DNA from: Leptolyngbyaceae cyanobacterium
GTDB taxonomy: Bacteria > Cyanobacteriota > Cyanobacteriia > Phormidesmidales > Phormidesmidaceae
NCBI GenBank assembly: GCA_050331235.1
Contig: JBHJHA010000041.1
Coordinates: 24,767 to 88,766, forward strand
Reading direction: 5' to 3'
Length of the DNA stretch: 64,000 nucleotides
Shown here: in pieces, positions 9,937 through 20,224 of the stretch
Position numbering within the stretch: the stretch's first letter is position 1
Layout: each line of letters begins with the position of its first letter
Translations under genes and position numbers: made by a program
Notes under the pieces: generated by a model
Told to the model about the DNA's origin: nothing
Database searches by the model: none
The model's input: only the letters and a program-made list of their open reading frames with translations

Positions 9937-10842
9937 TTAGCAACCCTGAGGCGCAAACCACACTAGCGACTCTTGGGTGTCTTCGCCCCGCCAGCGCATC
10001 CAGCCTTCCTGAGTAACGGCACCTGGCAAAAACGTACAGCCATCGGTCGGTTGGGTCACTTGCACCCGCATCCAGTCTCCCTCGAAAGCTAACGGTTGAA
10101 TGAAGCTGTTAGGACCAACAAGGCCCAAAATTCCCTCGTCCGTACTGCCAGCTTCCTCATACAGTGATTGCGATAGACCATGTTCACGAAAGTCTACTTG
10201 CCCCACTTCTAAAAACCGGTTTTCCCAGAGCTCTACGGCCAGTTCAAGATTGCCGAGATTGAGATGATCAACATGGGCCCATGCTCTGCCCGCCGGCGTG
10301 TACTGAAACTGAAACCAGCCATCTTCGCGGAGTTGAGTCACCGGAAATGACATCAAATTGTAGTAAGTCTGCAGCATCGAAAAGCTGGCATCCTCACCGA
10401 GGGCGATCGGCGTTTGACCATTCGGGACGAGCCAACCATTCATAATCCATCCCCAGTGGCTGCCCGCCGGCTCGATATAGATGGGGATCGCCGACGCCTG
10501 CAACCACCCTGCGCCTAACAAGGGGCTGCTGGCCCAATTGGGTTCAGCCAGAAACGAAACATCTTGAGGACGTAAATGGCCAACGCCAATATCATCTCCT
10601 GCTTCGGGCATCAGGCCAATAATGCCCGTACTGGCTGGTACTCGAGCCGGGGGCAGGGTGCTTGGCAAAGGCGGAACTGGTGGCGTTGTCCGGTTTTGAC
10701 TCAGAACAGTTGGCAGTACCACATTTTCCTGCTGGAGGGCATCAGGCAATGCCAGCACTGTTGCAGCACTATACATCCCACCTCCGACGGCCAAACAACC
10801 AGCCGAAACTAGGGTACTGATGGATATCTTATGGAGTCTCAT
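9937..10842 (-). CDS. Exported hypothetical protein, Trp-rich, with SH3b-like C-terminal motifs
   Basis: Signal-like N-terminus and Pro-rich linker; EDGWFQF and EGDWMRVQV...EGWMRW. Confidence 0.7.
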   Translation of the reverse strand: MRLHKISISTLVSAGCLAVGGGMYSAATVLALPDALQQENVVLPTVLSQNRTTPPVPPLPSTLPPARVPASTGIIGLMPEAGDDIGVGHLRPQDVSFLAEPNWASSPLLGAGWLQASAIPIYIEPAGSHWGWIMNGWLVPNGQTPIALGEDASFSMLQTYYNLMSFPVTQLREDGWFQFQYTPAGRAWAHVDHLNLGNLELAVELWENRFLEVGQVDFREHGLSQSLYEEAGSTDEGILGLVGPNSFIQPLAFEGDWMRVQVTQPTDGCTFLPGAVTQEGWMRWRGEDTQESLVWFAPQGC

Positions 10843-11390
10843 AGCAGCGATCGCGATTACAAGCAAAAAACAATACAGCTAGATGTCACTTTTTCGGAGA
10901 GAGCTTTCATTGAATTAGTTATCTCCAGGTTGCGTGCCAGCCTCCCTAGTGGTCTGGGATGTCGCTAACCACACACCCGATTCCCCAGATCATGGACGCA
11001 CAAAGACTAAAAACGTTTCGATCCCCCCTTGCGACCAGGGTTGATTTTTTTTAGCAAGCATCAGACCAGTTCATGCCCCAGAGCTATCATTGCTGGCAAG
11101 CTAAGTCGGTCCAGCGATTATCGTCAGCATAGGCTTAGAACTCCCACATCAAACAGACAGCAGGTCATCGTCCTTGGTCCAGATCACCCTTTGATCAGAG
11201 TTTGCCCGAAAAATGACTATTTGCATCCTGACATAATTGTGATGTTCGATACAAAGACTCAGCTAATGGGTACAGCAGTTCGCCTAAACCCATAGCGCTA
11301 CAGCGCGCTCCATCGGCTCCGTGTATTTACTCAGGCCACTTTGAGAGTTCCCACCGATAGTGAAGATAATCGGTGAGGAGTGGCAGACCA

Positions 11391-11413
11391 TTAAGAACAT
11401 CACATGTTCTTAA
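11391..11413. promoter_or_regulatory. Palindromic operator candidate
   Basis: TTAAGAACAT-CAC-ATGTTCTTAA with perfect 10-bp arms. Confidence 0.45.
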
Positions 11414-11534
11414 AAGAATTACCAACTTCAGGTTGATTTGAATTCTTGGTCAGATATATCTGTTGAAGGTTTAACCTTTTGCTATCAAACCATTAATTTG
11501 ATAGTTAGTAATCGGCCATGCCAGTTCAGAGGCA

Positions 11535-11933
11535 ATGGCTACCAAATCATCTCTTCCCACGAGGTTTTTTCCAATGCTCTCTTCTCGCATGGTTTCGGCA
11601 GCAGCAACCGCTTTTGTAGCAACTTTAGCCATCAGCGGAGCCGCCATAGCCGACAACGAATCGACGACTGAAAACACGGTTGCCGGTAGCCTTTTGCCAT
11701 TAGAAAACCGCAGTATGGAAATTCAGCTTGATCCAGAGCTGTATAATTCCGCTGCCCATGAGGTCAACACCCTCGAACCAGGAAGCAATGAATCTGCTGA
11801 CATTGCAGACTTTCTGGGGGCAGATTTTTTAGGCGACCTAATCGATGAAAATGGCGACGTCAACTTACCGTTAGGAATCACCGTCTTTGAAGCAATGGGT
11901 ACAACCTCTTTGGGCTTTGGGGGTAAGTTCTAA
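11535..11933 (+). CDS. Small acidic exported hypothetical protein
   Basis: Signal peptide ending AIA; acidic body; C-terminus TSLGFGGKF; followed by a terminator. Confidence 0.7.
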   Translation: MATKSSLPTRFFPMLSSRMVSAAATAFVATLAISGAAIADNESTTENTVAGSLLPLENRSMEIQLDPELYNSAAHEVNTLEPGSNESADIADFLGADFLGDLIDENGDVNLPLGITVFEAMGTTSLGFGGKF

Positions 11934-12001
11934 AGCAATCAAATCATAAGATTTATCATTTTAACCATCGATTTTCTTGTGGCCAAAAAAATTCCTTTAC
12001 G

Positions 12002-12035
12002 AAGCGACTCCGACGGGTCGCTTTTTTATTTTTTT
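12002..12035 (+). terminator. Rho-independent terminator
   Basis: AAGCGAC..GTCGCTT hairpin followed by a long T tract. Confidence 0.7.
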
Positions 12036-12134
12036 AGCGAGCCAGTATGATGGCGAGGACATCGCTCATGGTTCACTGACCACATTAAAGCTACAACCTG
12101 CACTCACAAGCGTTGAGTATGTTTGCTCCGAAGA

Positions 12135-13229
12135 TCACGGGCGATCGCCCATCATCCAATTCCCTACTATTTGTGCCGTCGCGGGGGCCAGCAAAACCCC
12201 ATTACGATAGTGCCCAGTCGCAACGAGGGCGTTGGATATGCCAGTTAGCGCCTGAATGACTGGAGCTGCCTGCCCTTGCGGACGAGGTCGCAAACCATAC
12301 CAAGTCGATAGGATTTTGCCCGCGGTCAGCTCAGGGCAATAGCCGACAGCCGCTTGCCAAACCGACTCAAGGGCAGCGGCCTCTGGTAGGGGCGATCGCT
12401 CCCCATCTGGGGGAAATTCTACCGTGGCGGCGACACCGTAGAGATGCTCCCCCAGCGGCACTAGATGGATATCGTCGCCATTGATAATGGGTTGAAACGA
12501 TTCATTTCCCAGGGGTCGCGCCATTTGCACCCGCATCCCCTGGCCCAAAACGGGTACCAGTGATAACGGTTGGTCCAGCAAGGTGATCAGAGCCTCGCTG
12601 CCAAGCCCAGCTGTCACTAAAACCCAGTCAGCGGGATAGACAGCGTCAGCAGCCTCAACCGCGACGAGGCGATCGCCTGCCTGAATAAACCCAGTCGCCG
12701 CCGTATCAGTTGTCAGTACTGCGCCCTGCTGTTGAGCCCCGGCAATGAGTGTTTGCGTCAGAGCCAGCGGATCAATTTGGAGATCTTTGGGAGAGTAAAT
12801 CCCCGCTAATATCTCCCGGCCAGACAGATGAGGACACGCCGTCAGCAGCTGTTCGGGAGTCCAAATTTCCAACGGCCAGCCTTGGCGCTGGCGAATGGTC
12901 TGAAGCGATCGCCAACGGGAAAGTGCAGCTTCCTCAAAGCAAAGGCTAAGAATTCCCTGCTGATTATGGGGCACTGGCCTACCTGTAAGGGCGGCTAGCT
13001 CTGGTAATAATGTCTTGTACCGGCGCAGACTGGCTTCTCTCAAGCGCCAGTTGCGGCCTTTGACTTTGTGGCTGATGACACCCATAGCAATGCCCAAGGC
13101 GGCACCAGTAGCGCCCTGGGCAGGTTGTTGCTGCTCTAAAACGGTGATGTCGTAATCGCCAAAACAACTCAGCTCGTAAGCGATAGTTGCACCGACAATG
13201 CCACAGCCAACGATAACAACACGGGTCAT
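12135..13229 (-). CDS. FAD-dependent oxidoreductase (DAO/glycine oxidase-like)
   Basis: GCGIVG, GLRPRP and TGHYRNGVLLAP; directly downstream of psbQ. Confidence 0.88.
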   Translation of the reverse strand: MTRVVIVGCGIVGATIAYELSCFGDYDITVLEQQQPAQGATGAALGIAMGVISHKVKGRNWRLREASLRRYKTLLPELAALTGRPVPHNQQGILSLCFEEAALSRWRSLQTIRQRQGWPLEIWTPEQLLTACPHLSGREILAGIYSPKDLQIDPLALTQTLIAGAQQQGAVLTTDTAATGFIQAGDRLVAVEAADAVYPADWVLVTAGLGSEALITLLDQPLSLVPVLGQGMRVQMARPLGNESFQPIINGDDIHLVPLGEHLYGVAATVEFPPDGERSPLPEAAALESVWQAAVGYCPELTAGKILSTWYGLRPRPQGQAAPVIQALTGISNALVATGHYRNGVLLAPATAQIVGNWMMGDRP

Positions 13230-13234
13230 GCTGA

Positions 13235-13708
13235 CTACGCAGCCGGATCAGGAATCAATGAGATAAATGCGTCGAAATCGTCTAGTGCTTCTCGGTATTG
13301 CTTGGCAGCTTCAATTTGGTTGAAATCTTCAGCCGCAGCATCTAATCGTTCGAGGTGCTTGCCAATTTCGTCGGCGTAAAACTGGGCTTCGTCGGCATCT
13401 TGAGGCAGCAGGCGAGCGGTCACTCGGCCAAGGCGCACCCGTAGTTCGCCCATCGGACCGTGAATGAAGGAGCTGATATCATTCCACTCTTTATTTTGAA
13501 TATAGTTTTCCAGTTCGGGGAAGCGCTCACGCAACTCTGTAACCCGAGGCGCATAAATATCAATTTGCGCAAGCTGGTCAACCGAGTATGTCGTGGGTTG
13601 AGAAATATTGGTTCCGCCACACCCCACGAGACAAGTTGCGACCAAGGCAAGTATTAGCCCCAGCATTGACCGCAGTCGAAACCGTTTCATAGCGCTAAAG
13701 ATTCTCAT
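13235..13708 (-). CDS. psbQ: Photosystem II extrinsic lipoprotein CyanoQ
   Basis: Lipobox LVGC; W..I.SFIHGPMGELR; exact start uncertain. Confidence 0.92.
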   Translation of the reverse strand: MRIFSAMKRFRLRSMLGLILALVATCLVGCGGTNISQPTTYSVDQLAQIDIYAPRVTELRERFPELENYIQNKEWNDISSFIHGPMGELRVRLGRVTARLLPQDADEAQFYADEIGKHLERLDAAAEDFNQIEAAKQYREALDDFDAFISLIPDPAA

Positions 13709-13866
13709 GATGGCTGCCTGTAGTGAACCTACAGGGATATCTCACTTCTTAAGTATCCTATGCTGACAAAGATTTTTACACTACCAACCACAGTTATAGA
13801 TGCAGTTATGGGGGGTTCTGCGGCACCATGGTTCAATGAGACGCAGATTGATTGGTGAATGGCGAC

Positions 13867-14646
13867 ATGTTGCCCAAAGCAGACTTACTCAAGTCAGTGG
13901 AAAATCAGGCTACTTTAACGCGTGTTCTGGATTTAGCTGAGCAAGCAATTCGCACTTGGGAAATTGTCTTTACAGATTTCTTGTCGCCGCCCGAGTTCGT
14001 CGAATCCCAAGAAATTTTTCAACGCCTAACTGAGGTGCAGTTTTTTGCCAGGGGCGGCTATCCCCAAGCGGAGCGCCAGCGCGGCGCGATCGCCCGGAGT
14101 GATCTCGCCTTAGAAGAAACTGAGATTCCCCTCGCATTGCTAGATATTTCAGGCAATTTTCTGTTTGATACGGCGACCCATCGCGATTTCTTGGGAGCAT
14201 TGCTAGGTACGGGGTTAGTCCGTGACAAGGTGGGCGATATTATTGTGCTGGGAGAACGGGGAGCGCAGGCAATTGTGGTACCCGAGCTAGTAGAGTTTTT
14301 AGCAGCCAACCTCACCCAAGTGAGATCGGTGCCAGTCAAAACTCGTCAGATTGATTGGAGTGAATTGCGGGTTCGGCAGCCGAAAAAGAAAGAAATAACT
14401 ACTGTTGAGGCCTCCCTCCGACTGGATGCCGTCGCCTCGGCAGGATTTGGCATGTCACGCAGCAAAATGGTAGACCTCATTAATACTGGTGATGTGCGGG
14501 TAAATTGGAAGTCAGCTAAGCAACCTAGTCAGTCTGTCAACGCCGGAGACTTAGTTGCCATTCGCGGTAAAGGTCGCTTAGAAATTGGCGACATTGCCAC
14601 TACCAAAAAGGAGCGCTATCGCATTAATCTGACTCGCTATGTGTAG
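13867..14646 (+). CDS. Photosystem II S4 domain protein (Sll1252/YlmH family)
   Basis: TDFLSPPE, GGYPQAER, THRDFLGALLGTG and SLRLDAVASAGFGMSR. Confidence 0.92.
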   Translation: MLPKADLLKSVENQATLTRVLDLAEQAIRTWEIVFTDFLSPPEFVESQEIFQRLTEVQFFARGGYPQAERQRGAIARSDLALEETEIPLALLDISGNFLFDTATHRDFLGALLGTGLVRDKVGDIIVLGERGAQAIVVPELVEFLAANLTQVRSVPVKTRQIDWSELRVRQPKKKEITTVEASLRLDAVASAGFGMSRSKMVDLINTGDVRVNWKSAKQPSQSVNAGDLVAIRGKGRLEIGDIATTKKERYRINLTRYV

Positions 14647-14835
14647 TCTCTAGCTCCATAGACTCGCAGGTAAAGCCTCCTGAGCATCCATTAGCTCCTA
14701 TTGCCCTTGCTCTCTAAACCGGCGATAGCCCCGTGATGGGGGCTTCATGAAAATCGAAAAGTCGCTCTGACAAAATAGCCAAAGCGACCCATTAGAGCTT
14801 AGTGTTTTAGCTGTAGCAGCAAGCCAAGCTGCTGA

Positions 14836-15696
14836 CTAGCTGACGTCAGCGACACCAGCAAGTTCCTCTTTAGCCTTACCATTGCCGCTGTCACGGCCAC
14901 TGATGCTTTCAGAGTCGATGCCACGGACTTCGTCTACCTGAGTCTTGACTCGGGCGATAGAGAAGACCAGCAGGCCAAACAAGGGCTTAGCCAATAAGTC
15001 AGCGATGGTATATCCGACCTGGACACCGACGGTTGCAGTGGTTCCCTGGATGCCGATTTCGGGTAGCAAGTAGGCGATCGGGTATACTCCCCAGGAAGCT
15101 AACAATAAAAAGCGCATACTATTGAGCAAAGTCTTGACCTGATCAGGCTGCCGGGCCGTCGCCTGACTGAGTTCCGTCCACAAGATGTACAGGATGTAGA
15201 GGAAAGGAACTGTACTAACGGCTCCCCAAATGGCGCGAGTCGTAATATCATCAGCCACTTCGCCTACATACCCCGTTGCAATCATCAAAACGGCAGCAGC
15301 GGCTAGCTTAATAAATAGAGGGCGAGCAACTTCTTTGGATAATGCCAGAACAGCTACTGCTTCAATCAGCAGTAGCGGTACCGTTAGTAACCAATCAACG
15401 TATCGGTAGGCGTCATCAAAGGGGTGACCAGTGGCAAGGTACAGACTATCTTGAAGGGCATAGGCCGCCTCCCAGCTATTGAAAATACGAAAGTAGTGAT
15501 AGCCCGCGATACTCACAACGACGCCAGACACTAGCACAGCCACTTGGTATTTGCGGCCCACTTGCGATTTGGCATTGAAGAAAAATAGGGCTGATGCGAA
15601 CATTGCTGCGATCGCTAACGAAAACGCTTGGTAAACCAGATTGAACTGATTTGGGGTCAGCTCAGTCGGCAATAACGCTATAGGTAAACAGTTCAT
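14836..15696 (-). CDS. Microbial rhodopsin, Gloeobacter-rhodopsin/xanthorhodopsin-like proton pump
   Basis: 7 TM; IAGYHYFRIF; YRYVDWLLTVPLLLIE (DTE motif); YTIADLLAKPLFG with the retinal-binding Lys. Confidence 0.95.
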   Translation of the reverse strand: MNCLPIALLPTELTPNQFNLVYQAFSLAIAAMFASALFFFNAKSQVGRKYQVAVLVSGVVVSIAGYHYFRIFNSWEAAYALQDSLYLATGHPFDDAYRYVDWLLTVPLLLIEAVAVLALSKEVARPLFIKLAAAAVLMIATGYVGEVADDITTRAIWGAVSTVPFLYILYILWTELSQATARQPDQVKTLLNSMRFLLLASWGVYPIAYLLPEIGIQGTTATVGVQVGYTIADLLAKPLFGLLVFSIARVKTQVDEVRGIDSESISGRDSGNGKAKEELAGVADVS

Positions 15697-16244
15697 GTTT
15701 AGATTCAAGGAAACTTCAGTCGACAGCAGGCCAGCCAACCAGCTTTACCACTAGGGCAAAACATTTGGCAACTCAGACGCAAAGTTCACCGAGCGTGTCC
15801 GCGAGTTTACTCACCACGGCAAAATCTCTCCGCCTAGTAGCGGCGATCACCCTGCAATCATCTGAGGACTGATTCAACCTGCCTCATGTTCAACTTAAGA
15901 AGTTTCGGTTTTTCTTTGTTCACACAAAAGTGCTATATCCGGCTATATCCTTATACATAGACTTGTCCACGCAGCCCATGCGGGAGCCTTAAAGAATGGG
16001 TTTTTAGGATGTCAGCGAGGGACATTCAGGGACCCAAAACTGTTCAGTTTCGAGGCGCAGCCTCAACCAACGACATGCCGATCGCAGAATGTGCCACAAA
16101 CTGCCATTGCTGCTGTTGGTGATCGCACCATGACAATTTTTGGAGACCCAATTAAATGTCCAGCCAATATTCAATCCCAGCTTGACCATACAGGGAAGCT
16201 GGAATTGGATATTGTCCCATCACACTTAATCCGCAACCTCCAAA

Positions 16245-16547
16245 TTAAGCTGATAGTCTAATGATGGTAACTTGTCCAGAAAAGTCGGCGGTCGTTTCAA
16301 TCGTCAATCGATGGGGCTCATCCAAATCATCGGCATTCAAAGATATGGTGTTGGTATGTCGTTGGGAAATCTTTAAAGCTTGTGCCGTAATCGCTTCATT
16401 GAGAAAGGTTTCGGACAAGACTGCGTCCAAAGTTTGCATCCAAGGACTTTGTTTGAGCACAGCAATATGGGCAGTTGTGGACGGCATTACAGTCAATTGC
16501 AACCCTAAAACGGCGCCTATGGCCCATAGCCATCGGTAATCTTCCAT
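16245..16547 (-). CDS. Hypothetical exported protein, possibly truncated
   Basis: Signal-like N-terminus (WLWAIGAVLGLQL); the upstream TTG at 16601 lies inside the suf terminator, so ATG 16547 is preferred. Confidence 0.4.
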   Translation of the reverse strand: MEDYRWLWAIGAVLGLQLTVMPSTTAHIAVLKQSPWMQTLDAVLSETFLNEAITAQALKISQRHTNTISLNADDLDEPHRLTIETTADFSGQVTIIRLSA

Positions 16548-16588
16548 GTCTAACAGCCTCCTCAAAACCATTGAAAAGGCATGACTCA

Positions 16589-16627
16589 CAACCTCAGGCA
16601 ACGGTTCCCGCTCGCTGCCTGAGGTTG
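16589..16627 (-). terminator. Hairpin after sufS
   Basis: 12-bp stem CAACCTCAGGCA / TGCCTGAGGTTG. Confidence 0.6.
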
Positions 16628-16651
16628 CTCAAGTATTCCTAGTTAGGCTCC

Positions 16652-17920
16652 TTAATCGTCGTCAAAGATGCTAGCAAAAAAGTCAATGGTGTCTTGCAGC
16701 GCCGCGATAAATTTATCGACTTCTTCACGGGTGTTGTAAAAGTAAAGACTGGCTCGAGCCGTGGAGGGAACCCCTAGAATTCGGTGCAGGGGTTGTGTGC
16801 AGTGGTGTCCTGAGCGGACTGCAATACCTGACTGGTCTAGTAAGGTTGACAAATCTTGAGCATGGACTCCCTCTACGGTAAACGTTGCGAGGGCGGCGCG
16901 GCCAGAGCCATCGGCTTGCGGCTGCGGACCGTAAAGCTTGATATGGGGAATTCGATTGATCTGTTGATATAAATATGCGGTCAACTCATGCTCGTACTCA
17001 GCAATCTTATCCATCCCTACCGCATTGAGATAGTCGACGGCTGCGCCTAGGGCGATCGCTTCAGATATTGCTGGAGTACCAGCTTCAAACTTATGAGGTA
17101 GCTCCGCATAGGTGGAATGGTCTAAAAACACATCGGCAATCATCTCGCCACCACCAAGGAACGGAGGCATCGTCTTCAGCAGCTCCAGCTTGCCATAGAG
17201 AAAGCCAGCTCCGGTGGGACCGCACATTTTGTGCCCTGAGGCCACAAGCCAGTCACAGCCTAACGCTTGCACATCTAAGGGCATATGGGGAGTACTCTGG
17301 CAGGCATCAACCAGGACTTTAGCACCGTAACGATTGGCCAATGCCACGATTTCTTCAATGGGATTGATAAAGCCGAGGGTATTGGAAACGTGATTGAGGG
17401 TAATGAGTTTAGTCTTATCCGAGAGGTGCGATCGCAACTCATCCATATCTAACTCATTGGTATCCGTCAGTCCAACATACTTCAGGACAGCTCCGGTACG
17501 CTGGCAAACAAACTGCCAAGGTACTAAATTGCTGTGATGCTCCGCAACGGACAGGATAATTTCATCGCCCGCTTGCAAAGTGGTCATCCCCCAAGTGTAA
17601 GCCACGAGGTTGATGGCCTCGCTAGCGTTGCGGGTAAACACAATTTCATCCCGAGAAGCTGCGTTGATAAAAGCTGCAATTTTGTCTCTGGCCGCTTCGT
17701 AAGCATCTGTGGCTCGGGCGCTGAGGGCATGAACACCCCGATGCACATTGGCATTATCTCCCTCGTAGTAGTGCTTGATAACGTCCAATACCTGTTTGGG
17801 CTTTTGAGACGTAGCAGCGTTGTCGAAGTACACCAGAGGATGACCGTTCACTTCTTGATGAAGAATCGGAAAATCGTCGCGAACTTTAGCAGCGAGGGTG
17901 AGTTCTTGAGCCAGGGTCAT
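16652..17920 (-). CDS. sufS: Cysteine desulfurase SufS
   Basis: [27 protein letters not shown] and [10 protein letters not shown]. Confidence 0.97.
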   Translation of the reverse strand: MTLAQELTLAAKVRDDFPILHQEVNGHPLVYFDNAATSQKPKQVLDVIKHYYEGDNANVHRGVHALSARATDAYEAARDKIAAFINAASRDEIVFTRNASEAINLVAYTWGMTTLQAGDEIILSVAEHHSNLVPWQFVCQRTGAVLKYVGLTDTNELDMDELRSHLSDKTKLITLNHVSNTLGFINPIEEIVALANRYGAKVLVDACQSTPHMPLDVQALGCDWLVASGHKMCGPTGAGFLYGKLELLKTMPPFLGGGEMIADVFLDHSTYAELPHKFEAGTPAISEAIALGAAVDYLNAVGMDKIAEYEHELTAYLYQQINRIPHIKLYGPQPQADGSGRAALATFTVEGVHAQDLSTLLDQSGIAVRSGHHCTQPLHRILGVPSTARASLYFYNTREEVDKFIAALQDTIDFFASIFDDD

Positions 17921-17951
17921 AGGAACCATTCAAACGGTGAGCAACCTATCT

Positions 17952-19304
17952 TTAGGGTAACGACTGCGATCGCTCAGTCACAGTGGTGATGAGCGTCTGT
18001 CGTAGGGAGGAAACCGGAATGCGATCAATAATGTCCATCGCAAAACCATAAATCAATAGACGCTGGGCAGCAGCGGCGCTGATACCGCGACTTTGGAGAT
18101 AAAAAACCTCGTGGGCATTGAGCTGACTCACCGTTGCCCCATGGGCACATTTAACATTGTCAGCGACGATATCCAGCTCTGGCTTAGTATCAATGCGCGC
18201 TTGATCGGACAACAGGAGGTTGCGGTTGAGCTGGCTAGCATTAGTCATCTGGGCCGCACGGGGCACCCAAACCTTCCCGTTAAACACTGCATGGGCCTTG
18301 TCGTCTACAATGGTTTTATGGAGCTGATCGGCAGTCCCGTGGGGATGCTGAGTCGCAATCAGACTATGGGTATCAGCTAACTGAGATTGAGCGATCGCCG
18401 ATAGCCCATACAGATTTGTATCAGTTTGAGGCCCCGTCTGATACACCTCAAGATTATGCCGCGAAATCTGAGCCCCGAGATTGACCGCCACATGGGTATA
18501 TTGGCTATCCCGCCCCTGAGTTACAGCAGTTTTACCCACGTGAATATTATTGCTCCCCTCCCGTTGCAGACGAACATGGGTGACGTGGGTGGCTGCATCA
18601 GCGTAAATTTCAGTCACGCTGTTGGTGAAGTGCCGATAATCGTGACTGCCGATAAAGTCTTCAACGATTGTCAGGGCGCTGCCTGTTTCGGCCACCACCA
18701 AACAGCGAGGATGCGTCATCACAGGTTGAGCTTGGCCGATAGTCAGAGACACAATTTGAATAGGCGCTTCTATAGCCTGATTGCGGGGCAACCACACGAC
18801 TGCAGCATCGGCAAAACCAGCAGTGTTGAGTGCCGTAAACGGTTCGTGGCCACCCTTTGCTTTGGCTAGACGCGCCATAAGCTGTGGGGCGATCGCCCCA
18901 GACAGCAGCGTCAGCAGATTGCCTATCACGACTCCTGGTGGTAACTGATCGACAGCAGACAGATTCTCGTCGTACCGACCGTTGACCAACACGATGCGGG
19001 CGATCGCTTCTGGCAGTTCCACAGTTTGGAGCACGCCTGGGTCAAGCTCAGTTGGCGCCAAGCTGGCTTGAAAAGGCACCGCAACCATTGAACTCAAGTC
19101 GGTAAAGCGCCAGTCCTCATCACGAGTCGAGGGAAACGTCTGTTCCTTGACAATGGCAGCCGCTTGAGCGCGGAGATTATGCAACGCGACATGTTCAGGC
19201 GCAGCCGTCCGCACCGTTTCTAGCAGGCTAAGCAAATACGCCTCACGTCGTTCGCGCTGACTGATAGGGGGGGCAACATCAGATTCAGAAACTTGACTGG
19301 CCAT
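17952..19304 (-). CDS. sufD: Fe-S cluster assembly protein SufD
   Basis: EDWRFTD, PELDIVADNVKCAHGAT and FYLQSRGI. Confidence 0.95.
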   Translation of the reverse strand: MASQVSESDVAPPISQRERREAYLLSLLETVRTAAPEHVALHNLRAQAAAIVKEQTFPSTRDEDWRFTDLSSMVAVPFQASLAPTELDPGVLQTVELPEAIARIVLVNGRYDENLSAVDQLPPGVVIGNLLTLLSGAIAPQLMARLAKAKGGHEPFTALNTAGFADAAVVWLPRNQAIEAPIQIVSLTIGQAQPVMTHPRCLVVAETGSALTIVEDFIGSHDYRHFTNSVTEIYADAATHVTHVRLQREGSNNIHVGKTAVTQGRDSQYTHVAVNLGAQISRHNLEVYQTGPQTDTNLYGLSAIAQSQLADTHSLIATQHPHGTADQLHKTIVDDKAHAVFNGKVWVPRAAQMTNASQLNRNLLLSDQARIDTKPELDIVADNVKCAHGATVSQLNAHEVFYLQSRGISAAAAQRLLIYGFAMDIIDRIPVSSLRQTLITTVTERSQSLP

Positions 19305-20092
19305 TATGCCACGACCTCCGCTTGATGCTCCGCCAAAATATCTTCGTAGCCTTCCGCCTCTAGGCGTTCGGCCAGTTCCTTGCCGCCAGTGGTGATGATG
19401 CGACCGTCGGCCATGACATGCACGTAATCCGGCACGATATAGTTCAGCAAGCGCTGGTAGTGGGTAATCATCACGACGGCATTGTTAGGTCCAGCAAGCT
19501 GATTCACACCGCCAGCCACCGTTTTGAGGGCATCGATATCCAGCCCCGAATCGGTCTCATCTAGGATCGCCAGGGACGGCTCTAGCAAAGCCATCTGCAA
19601 AATTTCGTTGCGCTTTTTTTCCCCGCCCGAAAAGCCTTCATTCACACTGCGGTCTAAAAATGCAGCATCCATCTTAACGACCTCTAGCTTCTCTTCAATG
19701 AGGTCATCGAAGTCAAAGACATCTAGCTCATCTTCGCCTTGGGATTTGCGATGGGCATTGTAAGCCACTCGCAAAAAATCGCGGTTGCTCACCCCTGGAA
19801 TCTCTAAAGGATATTGAAAGGCCAGAAAAATGCCCGCAGTGGCGCGATCGTGGGGTTCAAACTCAGCCATATCTTGACCCCTGAAGCGAATTTCGCCACC
19901 GGTCATAGTGTAGTCAGGATGGCCCGCTAAAACCTTGGAGAAAGTGCTTTTTCCGGATCCATTCAAGCCCATGATGGCATGAATTTCACCGGCCTTGACC
20001 TCTAGGTTGACGCCCTTGAGAATCGGCGTATCAACCACGGTGGCATGCAAATCACTCACGGACAAAATCACTTCACTGTTTTCACTAATCAT
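19304..20092 (-). CDS. sufC: Fe-S cluster assembly ATPase SufC
   Basis: [19 protein letters not shown] and [12 protein letters not shown]. Confidence 0.97.
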   Translation of the reverse strand: MISENSEVILSVSDLHATVVDTPILKGVNLEVKAGEIHAIMGLNGSGKSTFSKVLAGHPDYTMTGGEIRFRGQDMAEFEPHDRATAGIFLAFQYPLEIPGVSNRDFLRVAYNAHRKSQGEDELDVFDFDDLIEEKLEVVKMDAAFLDRSVNEGFSGGEKKRNEILQMALLEPSLAILDETDSGLDIDALKTVAGGVNQLAGPNNAVVMITHYQRLLNYIVPDYVHVMADGRIITTGGKELAERLEAEGYEDILAEHQAEVVA

Positions 20093-20224
20093 GGTTTTGG
20101 GTCACGCAATCCTAGGGACGTTAAATCATTGCTCGGGGGTGGCATACAGCTAGCCAGAGGCCTCATCGAAAAAGCGGCACATAGCAAGCGCTTAAACCGG
20201 CTGAGCTGTGTACATCCTCTCGCA

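Noticed and set aside
17068..18869. Several + strand ORFs of 84-151 aa
   Set aside because: Antisense to sufS and sufD with no recognisable features
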